DNA from: Longimicrobiales bacterium
GTDB taxonomy: Bacteria; Gemmatimonadota; Gemmatimonadetes; Longimicrobiales; Gaopeijiaceae
Reading direction: 5' to 3'
Length of the DNA: 64,000 nucleotides
Assembly: GCA_965116905.1 (NCBI GenBank)
Contig: OZ220732.1
Location: 3,712,001-3,776,000, forward strand
How positions within the stretch are numbered: the first letter of the stretch is position 1; every line of letters starts with the position of its first letter. The notes beneath the pieces were generated by a model that did no database searches, was not told the DNA's origin, and was given only the letters and a program-made list of their open reading frames with translations. Shown piece after piece: positions 30,993 through 39,210 of the stretch. The position numbers and the translations under genes were made by a program.

Positions 30993-32065
30993 TCGTCGTC
31001 CCGAACCCCCATGGTCGTCATCAGGCCGCGAATTCGCCGCATGAGTTCCCGGTACAGTTCCTCGACGTCGGGTTCGCCGCCGGTCTCAGCCACGTCCAGA
31101 TCCCACCGGAGAAGGGCTGTCTGGTGGGGGGCGGAACAATGGCTGGCGGGATCCACCCCCAGCCCCACGATCACGTGATAGTGGCGTGCCGCGCCGAGCG
31201 CATCGGCGAAGGCCGCGGGTGCGTCGTCGGCCGCCAACACGATCCCCCGGCGCCGGCAGAACCCTTGCAGCGCCGGAGAGAACCCGGCGGCCGCCTCGAG
31301 CCCCGCCGAGCCGGCGCGGCCGGCGTGCGGATAGCTCTCCACAAACGCCAGCTCCGCCATCTTGCTGACCATGGCGTTGTCCGCGTCCAGGAAGAGCATC
31401 CGGTATTGCTTTTCGCGTTTCCGCTCGCCGGTAACCGCGAACAGCGTCTGCTGGCAGATGTTTTCCGCCTGTTCCGCCGTCCGCTGCATGAGCCGAAAGA
31501 CCAACAGGGCTCCGAACAGGTCGCGCGCCGGACGAGGGTCGGAGTCCGCTGCCGCGCTCAGGACTTCGAAGGCGTAGGGGTAGACCGCCGCACTCTGTGC
31601 CGCGAACCCGCGCGAAACCCGGGCCGCGTCCGGATCACCCTCCAGGAACCCGTCCAGCGCGGCTCGCAACGCCCGCCGCGAATGCTCGCTCATCAGCTGA
31701 ATGTTGCTCAGCACTGCATCGGGCAGGGGGGACTCGATCTGCCTCGCCACCCGACAGATCGCGACCGAGTAGTCGCCCAGACGCTCCATCGCGACGGACA
31801 GCCGCAACACGCCCGAGACGAACCGCAGGTGACTGCCGCTGGGAAGGTGCCGGGCCACGAAAAGGTGGCACAGGTGATCGATCTCGCGGGTGGACTGATT
31901 GACCGCCCGGTCCTTGATCAGGGTTTCGTTGGCCAGGCGCCGGTCCAGGTCGAGGACGGCCTGCACTCCGTGCCGCAGGTTATGCAGGACCTCCTCTCCG
32001 ACATCGCGCAGCCGCTTGCGGATCGCGACGAGGTCGGCCTCCAGACGCTGGTCGTAGAGGCTCAA
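30989..32065 (-). CDS. phoU: PhoU fused to a C-terminal LMW-PTP/ArsC-like domain
   Basis: PhoU helical repeats (P-GSHLRF, MERLGDY, AENIC) followed by MLFLDADNAMVSKMAE...SAG. Confidence 0.8.
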   Translation of the reverse strand: MSLYDQRLEADLVAIRKRLRDVGEEVLHNLRHGVQAVLDLDRRLANETLIKDRAVNQSTREIDHLCHLFVARHLPSGSHLRFVSGVLRLSVAMERLGDYSVAICRVARQIESPLPDAVLSNIQLMSEHSRRALRAALDGFLEGDPDAARVSRGFAAQSAAVYPYAFEVLSAAADSDPRPARDLFGALLVFRLMQRTAEQAENICQQTLFAVTGERKREKQYRMLFLDADNAMVSKMAELAFVESYPHAGRAGSAGLEAAAGFSPALQGFCRRRGIVLAADDAPAAFADALGAARHYHVIVGLGVDPASHCSAPHQTALLRWDLDVAETGGEPDVEELYRELMRRIRGLMTTMGVRDDE

Positions 32066-32931
32066 GCGCACTCCGTTTCCGTATGCGGTGCGTACCCGCG
32101 CTCCAGGATCACGCACTGACCCTCCCGTGAGAGGATCCAGTCCATGTACTCCCTGACCGCACCCTGCGGCTGGCCGGCCGTGTACATGAAGAGCGGGCGA
32201 GCGATGGGATAGCTGCCGTCGACGGCCGTGGCGATGGTGGGCACCACGCAGTCACCGCCCTCGTCCGCCACGATACACGGCATCCGGACGTGGTCCGTGG
32301 CATAGGCGAGCCCACTGTATCCGATGGCGCAGGGTGTATTCTCCACGAGGTCGACCACGTCCTTCGAGCCGTGCATGTCCCGGGACCCGAGCTTGTACTC
32401 CGTGTCGTCGCCGAGCACCGTCTCCTTGAAGTAGACGTAGGTGCCCGAGTTGTTCTGACGGCTTACCAGGACGATTTCGTCCGAATCGCAGCCCGGCACG
32501 GCAACGCCCAGATCCGACCATGTCGTGGCTGTGCCGCCCTCGCCGTACACGGCCGTGAGCTGCTCCAGGCTCATGCTTTCGATGGGGTTGTCGGCGTGCA
32601 GATAGACCGCGAGCGCGTCATACCCGACGATGTGCTCGATGGGCTCCACGCCGTTCCCCCGCGCCGCCTCGAATTCCGCTGCACGCATCTGGCGGGACGA
32701 GTTCGCGATGTCGACGGTGCCGTTGATCATCGCCGAGATGCCGGTTCCGGATCCTCCGCCCGTGACCGCCACGGCGACATTCGGGTTGACCGCGCTGTAC
32801 GCTTCCGCCCACGCCTGGGCCACGTTCAGCAGGGTGTCCGAGCCCTTGTTCTGGATCATGGCCCGCTGCGCCCTGTCGGCGCCGCCGCACGCGAGGACTG
32901 CCACCGCGGCAAGGGGGATGAGTCTCTTCAT
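32062..32931 (-). CDS. pstS: Phosphate ABC transporter substrate-binding lipoprotein
   Basis: KGSDT, GGGSGTG, SRQNNSGT and YPIARPLFMY; lipobox VLAC. Confidence 0.93.
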   Translation of the reverse strand: MKRLIPLAAVAVLACGGADRAQRAMIQNKGSDTLLNVAQAWAEAYSAVNPNVAVAVTGGGSGTGISAMINGTVDIANSSRQMRAAEFEAARGNGVEPIEHIVGYDALAVYLHADNPIESMSLEQLTAVYGEGGTATTWSDLGVAVPGCDSDEIVLVSRQNNSGTYVYFKETVLGDDTEYKLGSRDMHGSKDVVDLVENTPCAIGYSGLAYATDHVRMPCIVADEGGDCVVPTIATAVDGSYPIARPLFMYTAGQPQGAVREYMDWILSREGQCVILERGYAPHTETECA

Positions 32932-32985
32932 TCGGTTTCTCGCTCCGTTTCCTGGTGTGGTGTATTTGAAATAGTCGCGACCCTT

Positions 32986-33035
32986 TGTCACGACCAGGTC
33001 ACCGGCCAGTGACAGCATTGTACCAATGGTGTCCG
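32986..33035. promoter_or_regulatory. Pho-box-like 11-bp-phased repeats upstream of pstS
   Basis: tgtcac (32986), ggtcac (32997), agtgac (33008), tgtacc (33019) and tgtccg (33030), each 11 bp apart. Confidence 0.55.
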
Positions 33036-33051
33036 GGTCAGTAGTAAAGGG

Positions 33052-34119
33052 TCAGTAGTACAGATAGGTCTGCAGCTTGAAGGAAACCTCCCGTGGGCCC
33101 GATGCGGGGTCGTAGATGTCCAGATTCGCGCCGATGCGGTTCTTCCCGGCCACGTACACGAACAGCCCGGGGGTCAGGAGCAGTCCACCGTCGTCGGCAA
33201 GGCCCCGGTCGGGATCTCCCCAGCTCACGCGCGCCATGGGCTCCACCGCCTCGAAGCTGGCGCTCTCCAGCGGCACATACCGGCTCACGATCACCTGGCC
33301 GGTCAGAAAGCTCGGTGTCTCGGCCCCTTCCAACCGCTGCAATCGCCAGTTCGCACCACCGATCAAGCCCACCTGCAGGTGCGTCCCGCTGCGAAAGCGG
33401 CCGATCTCGAGGTCGGCGCCGAAGGCCGTGGCCGATTCGCCCTCGCCGTGCAGCCCGACGAAGTCGTGCCGGGACACGTTGGCCGAGGCCGACACATTGT
33501 CCGCCAGGCGCAGCGTCACGCGTCCCGCAAGCGACTTGCCCGAGTTCTCGTCCGCGCCCGAAGTGCCGGTTCCGTTCGTCAGGGTAGCCATATAGGACAG
33601 CCTGTCGCCGATCGAACCGTCGGCCTTGAAGCCGATGTCCCGGTCGGAGTAGGCGAGCTTCTCCGTGAAGCGGCTGAGCGCGCACGTGCCGCCCGGCCCC
33701 GCGCACCCGCTGAAGCCGTTGATCCGTCCGGTCCTTTCCACCACCACGATGTCGGTGGAACTGTTGAGCTCGAAGATGTCGAAGGCCCGCTTGAACTGAC
33801 CCACCGAGAACCGAAACCCCTGGCTCACGTTGAGGCGAAAATACGCGTCCTTGAGGTCCAGTTCGCCTCCTCCGAAATCGGGCTGAACGCGCGCATCCAG
33901 CAGGTCCGAGACACCGATGTCCAGTGTGAACCTGGCCCGCCGGGTGAAGAAATCGGTCGACTTTCCGCCTTCCGCCGAGCTTGTCGCAAACTGGGAATGG
34001 AGCCGCCCGCCGAAGCGCACCTGGGCGCTGCGGGCGGAAATCTCGACCTGCGCCAGCCCGGTCTCGGCCGCACCGGCGGCGAGGAGAACAGCCGTGGCAA
34101 GCACACGAAATCTGGTCAC
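33052..34119 (-). CDS. Phosphate-selective porin (OprO/OprP-like)
   Basis: Signal peptide, FFTRRAR, LKDAY, VGQFK and RDIG motifs, aromatic C-terminus; directly upstream of pstS. Confidence 0.8.
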   Translation of the reverse strand: MTRFRVLATAVLLAAGAAETGLAQVEISARSAQVRFGGRLHSQFATSSAEGGKSTDFFTRRARFTLDIGVSDLLDARVQPDFGGGELDLKDAYFRLNVSQGFRFSVGQFKRAFDIFELNSSTDIVVVERTGRINGFSGCAGPGGTCALSRFTEKLAYSDRDIGFKADGSIGDRLSYMATLTNGTGTSGADENSGKSLAGRVTLRLADNVSASANVSRHDFVGLHGEGESATAFGADLEIGRFRSGTHLQVGLIGGANWRLQRLEGAETPSFLTGQVIVSRYVPLESASFEAVEPMARVSWGDPDRGLADDGGLLLTPGLFVYVAGKNRIGANLDIYDPASGPREVSFKLQTYLYY

Positions 34120-34177
34120 CCAGTGAACCTCCCATCAACGAGTCGGACCATCAAAACGCTACATGGTACCTGCGATG

Positions 34178-34216
34178 TGTAACGAAAGGGTCACAGAGTC
34201 GTCGCCATACGGTCAC
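34178..34216. promoter_or_regulatory. Pho-box-like 11-bp-phased repeats upstream of the porin
   Basis: tgtaac (34178), ggtcac (34189), cgtcgc (34200) and ggtcac (34211). Confidence 0.6.
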
Positions 34217-34273
34217 CACGCAGCCGATTCCCTGACGTAGGGGTAGGGGTCACGGCCCGCTACCCGGAGGGCG

Positions 34274-35581
34274 CTACCCGGAGGGAAGAGCAGGCTCCTC
34301 TGCTCCCCCGGTCGTGTCACCGCCGACCGCACGCTTCAGCACTTCCTGGATGTCCAGCCCCAGGACCGACGCCAGGCCCTCCATCGTGCCGTAGGCCCCC
34401 TTGACGCGCTGGTTCAACGCGTTGGACACGCCCTCGCCCTGGCCCCCGTCCATGACCACCACGCGATCGATGTCTACCCCCTCCACCGCGCCCACCGCGA
34501 TCTCCAGCAACTCGGGGAGCTTCTCGGCAATGAACACCGCGAACGCGGCTTCGCCACCGGCCCGCACTTCCCCGTAGAGGCGCCGCAGCACTTCGACCTG
34601 CGCCTTCCCGCGTTCGAGGATCGGAGCCGCCTCCGCCTCGGCCTGCGCGAACGCCGCCATCTTCTTTGCCTTGGCCGGTTCCACGATGTCGGCGAGCAGC
34701 CTCTGCTCCTCACGCTCCACACGCTTCATCTCGAGAATCCTCTCGGCCTCGACCTCGGCTTCCTGGGCCTTGACCCGCGCGATCTTCTCGGCGGTCTCCC
34801 CTTCGCGGTCGAGTTCGGCCTGGCGTACCCGCAGCGCGTTTTTCGCCTCGGCCACCTTGATCGCCGCGGCCGCCTCCCGCACCTCCGCGCGCCTGCTGGC
34901 CTCGGCCTGGGCCTCGCGCGTGTCCGCCCGCTTCCGCGCTTCCGCAATCTCCGCCTGGCGAATCGCCTCGGCGGACTTCTCCCGTCCGATTGCAGCCAGG
35001 TATCCGCGCTCGTCGCTGACGTTCTGGATCTTGAGCACGTCCAGGTGGAAGCCCAGCGAGGCCAGATCCTCGCCCGCGTCCTCGGACAGCGCCTTGGCGA
35101 ACCCAAGCCGGTCCTCGTTGACCGCTTCGGGCGTCAGCGTCGCGAGCACGCCGCGCAGGTTGCCGGTCAGGGTGTCCTGGGCGAGAGCCTTGATCTCGTC
35201 CTCGGTCTTTCCGAGCAACCGCTCGACGGCGTTGTTGAAGACCCACTCGGGCTCTGAGGCGATCTTGACGTTGGCGATGGCCTCGACGTTCAGCGGGATA
35301 TTGCCCTTCGAAAAGGCGTTCCGCACCGACACCTCGATGGGAATGGTCTCGAGGTTCATGTGCTGAACCGTTTCGATGATGGGCACACGGAAGACGCGGC
35401 CTCCGGAGATCGACCGGTAGCCGACGCGCTGACCGTCGGTGAGCAGCCGATTGCGCCCCGTGAGCACCGCCGCCCGGTTCGGCGGCGAGATCACGATCAG
35501 GGTCTTGATCGTCGCGACCAGCACGACAATCACCAGCACCAGCACCACGCCCGCTACGAGGGCGCCCATTGAAGTAAACAC
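34274..35581 (-). CDS. Flotillin/SPFH family protein
   Basis: N-terminal transmembrane segment, SPFH domain (AVERLLGK, GNLRGVLATLT) and an AE-rich coiled coil. Confidence 0.9.
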   Translation of the reverse strand: MFTSMGALVAGVVLVLVIVVLVATIKTLIVISPPNRAAVLTGRNRLLTDGQRVGYRSISGGRVFRVPIIETVQHMNLETIPIEVSVRNAFSKGNIPLNVEAIANVKIASEPEWVFNNAVERLLGKTEDEIKALAQDTLTGNLRGVLATLTPEAVNEDRLGFAKALSEDAGEDLASLGFHLDVLKIQNVSDERGYLAAIGREKSAEAIRQAEIAEARKRADTREAQAEASRRAEVREAAAAIKVAEAKNALRVRQAELDREGETAEKIARVKAQEAEVEAERILEMKRVEREEQRLLADIVEPAKAKKMAAFAQAEAEAAPILERGKAQVEVLRRLYGEVRAGGEAAFAVFIAEKLPELLEIAVGAVEGVDIDRVVVMDGGQGEGVSNALNQRVKGAYGTMEGLASVLGLDIQEVLKRAVGGDTTGGAEEPALPSG

Positions 35582-35622
35582 TTACCGCCTCCTGTCTCTT
35601 GTCGTTGTGGGGCTGCGCCCCG

Positions 35623-36210
35623 TCAGTCTTCCAGCAGCTTCGGTCCCACCGGGGCCACCGCCGCGATTCCATCGTTCATCTCGACCACCACGACGGGCTG
35701 GCCCGGCCTGAGCGCCGGCGCACCCTCGGATGCGTCGGCAGGCCGGGCGCGCAGCCGCACCCGCCGGTCGCCCCTGCGGACGCTCACGGTGCCATGGCTG
35801 CCGGGCCTGATCTCCAGCGACACCTCGCCCGTCAGTCCGACGAAGGAGTCCTCCCCTTTGAGGGCGCCCGATTCGGTGCGCTTGAGGTAGGCGAAGACGG
35901 TGCTGATCAGAGCGCCGGAGGCCAGCCCGGTGCCCCCTGCGATCGCCGCGGTGAGCATCGGTTGACCCCCGCCCCACACGAGATGCAGAAGCGACCCCGC
36001 CGCACCGAACCCGAAGACGGCGTTGATCAGTGCACGAACGGAGAAGACCTGTGCGATCCCGGTGCCCGCCGCGACGTCTCCCAGATCGGAATCCACGTCG
36101 ACATCGGCATCGAGGGCGACATCGACGTCACTGTCGAGAAAGTCCCCGAAGAGGGAGAGCGCGAGAAGGCCACCGCCGACCGCGAGGCAGAACACGTAGG
36201 CTGTGAGCAT
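35623..36210 (-). CDS. NfeD-like membrane protein
   Basis: Three hydrophobic helices, a D-rich loop and a C-terminal OB-like domain (VGLTGEV); directly upstream of the flotillin. Confidence 0.8.
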   Translation of the reverse strand: MLTAYVFCLAVGGGLLALSLFGDFLDSDVDVALDADVDVDSDLGDVAAGTGIAQVFSVRALINAVFGFGAAGSLLHLVWGGGQPMLTAAIAGGTGLASGALISTVFAYLKRTESGALKGEDSFVGLTGEVSLEIRPGSHGTVSVRRGDRRVRLRARPADASEGAPALRPGQPVVVVEMNDGIAAVAPVGPKLLED

Positions 36211-36345
36211 TCCAGGCCCTCCTTGTTGCGGTCCGGCTTTTTTCCTACGGTGCACGATCAGGTCATGTTCACCGCGTCCACCGGCTCGGCAACGTATCCC
36301 GAATGCGCGGCCGGCGACATCCATTCGAAACGGAGTCTCCACTCG

Positions 36346-38304
36346 ATGCACAGACGGACGACCGCGTACACGCCCCTGGCGCTCGCCTTGATCATCGCGT
36401 TCTCGCCCGCCACCGGGACCGCCCAGCGAGGCGCCGCCGCAGGGGAGTGGCGCTTCTACGGGGGCGACGCCGGGAGCACGCGCTACGCACCGCTCGACCA
36501 GATCGACCGCAGCAACGTGGCTTCGCTGGAGATCGCGTGGCGGTGGCAGGCGGCCAACTTCGGCCCGGCTCCCGAGTACAACTACCGCACCACCCCCCTC
36601 ATGGTGGACGGCGTGCTGTACGCCACCGCGGGGTACAGGCGCACCGTCGCGGCGATCGACGCCGGCACGGGCGAGACGCTGTGGACCTACCGGCTGGACG
36701 AGGGCGATCGCGCCGCGCCGCGCCGCAACTCGGGGCGTGGGGTCGCCTGGTGGGAATCGGCGGAGACCGGACCCCGCATCTTCTTCGTGACGCCCGGCTT
36801 CCAGCTGGTCGCGCTGGACCCCGCGACGGGCCGTCCCATATCCGACTTCGGCGACGGCGGCGTGGTGGAGTTGCGCCTCGGACTGGGTCGCGAACTCGAT
36901 CTCGTGCGCGCTCCGATCGGCTCCAGCTCGCCACCGATCGTGGTCGACGATGTCGTCGTCGTCGGATCCGCCCTGCCGTCGGGCGGCGCCCCCCCGGCGC
37001 CGGAAATGCCGCCGGGACACGTGCGCGGCTACGACGCGGTCACCGGGGAACTCCGGTGGACCTTCCACACGATCCCCCAGCCGGGCGAGTACGGCAACGA
37101 GACGTGGGAGGACGGCTCCTGGGAGTACACGGGGAACGCGGCCGTCTGGACCGCGCTGAGCGCGGACCCCGAACTCGGCCTCGTCTACCTTCCCGTCGAG
37201 TTGGGCACGGGCGACTACTACGGTGGCCACCGGCCCGGCGACAACCTCTTCTCGCAGAGCCTCGTCGCGCTCGACGCTGCCACCGGCGAGCGGGTCTGGC
37301 ACTTCCAGACCGTCCACCACGGCATCTGGGACTACGACCCGCCGGCCGCCCCCGTCCTGGCGGACCTGGTGGTGGACGGCCGGGAAATCCCCGCGGTCGC
37401 GCTGATCACCAAGCAGACGTTCACCTTCGTCTTCGACCGCCGCACCGGCGAACCCGTGTGGCCCATCGAGGAGCGGCCCGTACCGCAGACCGACGTGCCC
37501 GGAGAGCGCACCGCCCCCACCCAGCCCTTCCCCACGAGGCCGCCGCCCTACGACCGCCAGGGCGTCGATCCCGATGACCTCATCGACTTCACGCCCGAGC
37601 TGCGCGCCGAGGCCGAGGAGATCCTGGCGCAGCTGCACCACGGCCCGCTTTATACGCCGCCCACGAGGCCGATGGAGGGCGGCACGCAGGGCACGCTGAT
37701 GGTCCCGGGCTCGCTCGGCGGCGCGAACTGGCCCGGTGGCGCGCTGGACCCGCAGTCCGGGTACCTCTATGTCCAGTCGGCGACCGCGCCCAGCGTGATC
37801 GCGCTCTCACCCGAACCCGACGTATCGACCATGGATTACATCCGGGGCGGCGGCCTGCGGCTTCGGCAGGGTGGCGGTCCCCGGGGGCTGCCGCTCTTCA
37901 AGCCGCCGTGGGGCAGGATCACTGCAATCGACCTGAGCAGGGGGGAGATTGCGTGGCAGGTGCCGAACGGCGATGCGCCCGACTACGTGAAGGAGCATCC
38001 CGCTCTGGAGGGGGTCGACGTGGGCAGAACCGGCCGGCCGGACCGGGGGGGGCTCCTGGTCACCGGCACGCTCCTGTTCGCGGGCGAAGGCGGCGGGATG
38101 TTCGCCGCGTTCGGGTCGGGGGGCAACAAGTTTCGGGCGCATGACAAGGCCACGGGCGAGATCGTCGCCGAAATCGAGTTGCCCGCCAATCAGACCGGGC
38201 TGCCGATGACCTACATGCACGAGGGGCGGCAGTTCATCGTCGTGGCGGTGGGAGCGAGGCGGCAGCCGAGCGAACTGGTCGCGCTGGCGTTGCCGGAGGG
38301 GTGA
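36346..38304 (+). CDS. PQQ-dependent dehydrogenase (quinoprotein glucose dehydrogenase-like)
   Basis: YGGDAGSTRYAPLDQI, HFQTVHHGIWDYD, GGANWPG and PMTY; start re-called at MHRRTT. Confidence 0.92.
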   Translation: MHRRTTAYTPLALALIIAFSPATGTAQRGAAAGEWRFYGGDAGSTRYAPLDQIDRSNVASLEIAWRWQAANFGPAPEYNYRTTPLMVDGVLYATAGYRRTVAAIDAGTGETLWTYRLDEGDRAAPRRNSGRGVAWWESAETGPRIFFVTPGFQLVALDPATGRPISDFGDGGVVELRLGLGRELDLVRAPIGSSSPPIVVDDVVVVGSALPSGGAPPAPEMPPGHVRGYDAVTGELRWTFHTIPQPGEYGNETWEDGSWEYTGNAAVWTALSADPELGLVYLPVELGTGDYYGGHRPGDNLFSQSLVALDAATGERVWHFQTVHHGIWDYDPPAAPVLADLVVDGREIPAVALITKQTFTFVFDRRTGEPVWPIEERPVPQTDVPGERTAPTQPFPTRPPPYDRQGVDPDDLIDFTPELRAEAEEILAQLHHGPLYTPPTRPMEGGTQGTLMVPGSLGGANWPGGALDPQSGYLYVQSATAPSVIALSPEPDVSTMDYIRGGGLRLRQGGGPRGLPLFKPPWGRITAIDLSRGEIAWQVPNGDAPDYVKEHPALEGVDVGRTGRPDRGGLLVTGTLLFAGEGGGMFAAFGSGGNKFRAHDKATGEIVAEIELPANQTGLPMTYMHEGRQFIVVAVGARRQPSELVALALPEG

Positions 38305-38310
38305 GGGTCC

Positions 38311-38979
38311 CTACACGGCTTCCGGGAGCCGCTTCCCCGCCTCACGGGCGAGCGACATGGTTCGGATGGCCGAGAGCAGTTCAGTCCTTGATGCCTCCAT
38401 GGACCCGGTCAGGCGCCGGTCGACTTCCGTCAGGCGCTGGCCGACCCCGTTGATGGACTCCGTCAGGCGCTGCTCCACCCCGTTGATGGACTCCGTCAGG
38501 CGCTGCTCCACCCCGGTGATGGACTCCGTCAGGCGCTTGTCGACCCCGTTGACGGACTCCGTCAGGCGCTGCTCCACTCCGGTGATGGACTCCGTCAGGC
38601 GCTGCTCCACCCCGGTGACGGACTCCGTCTGGCGCTTGTCCACCCCGTTGATGGACTCCGTCAGACGCTGCTCCACCCCGGTGATGGACTCCGTCAGACG
38701 CTGCTCCACCCCGGTGATGGACTCCGTCAGACGCTGCTCGACCCCGGTGACCTTCTCCGTCAACCGCACTTCGACCCGGTCGATCCGCGTGTCCAGCCTC
38801 TGGATCCCCTCCGCCAACCGCTTCCTGGTGTCGCTGCGCAGCGCTCCCACTTCGCTCCTGATTTCATCGCGAATGTCGTCGCGCAGGTTGCTGGTCGCCC
38901 GTGCCACGATCCGCCAAACGGCCGCCACCGCCAGAATCAATCCCGCGACCGCCGACACCGCCACCCATGGCTCGCTCAT
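38311..38979 (-). CDS. Membrane-anchored coiled-coil protein with 11-aa repeats
   Basis: Purine-rich RBS, N-terminal transmembrane helix, then ten copies resembling SITGVEQRLTE. Confidence 0.75.
   Translation of the reverse strand: MSEPWVAVSAVAGLILAVAAVWRIVARATSNLRDDIRDEIRSEVGALRSDTRKRLAEGIQRLDTRIDRVEVRLTEKVTGVEQRLTESITGVEQRLTESITGVEQRLTESINGVDKRQTESVTGVEQRLTESITGVEQRLTESVNGVDKRLTESITGVEQRLTESINGVEQRLTESINGVGQRLTEVDRRLTGSMEASRTELLSAIRTMSLAREAGKRLPEAV
38425..38754 (-). repeat. 10 x 33-bp coding tandem repeat
   Basis: Repeated ggactccgtcaggcgctgctccaccccggtgat-like units. Confidence 0.95.
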
Positions 38980-39210
38980 CTCATCCCTCCCCTCCCCGTG
39001 GCCTGTCTCCCGAAGGGCCGGACACCTATCGAAACATACGGCTGCCGCCTCGGCCGCGCCAAGCGGAACCGACGAGTGCGGAGTCACGGATTCCGGGAGC
39101 GGCAGCAAGTCGCCCGCCCACCCCCGATGCCCGGTTCCCGCACCCAACGATGGGGCCCGCCAGCGGGCGTATACATGGCTGGATCGGCCATCTCGCGGTA
39201 TTGTCCCGAA

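Noticed and set aside
35599..36345. Long N-terminal extensions in the ORF track (PQQ dehydrogenase; also ORFs 4244-6460, 1735-3723 and 38311-39846)
   Set aside because: They overlap real opposite-strand genes; internal starts with an RBS or signal peptide fit better.
38425..38754. Possible CRISPR array
   Set aside because: The units are contiguous, in-frame coding repeats with no unique spacers, and there are no cas genes in the window.
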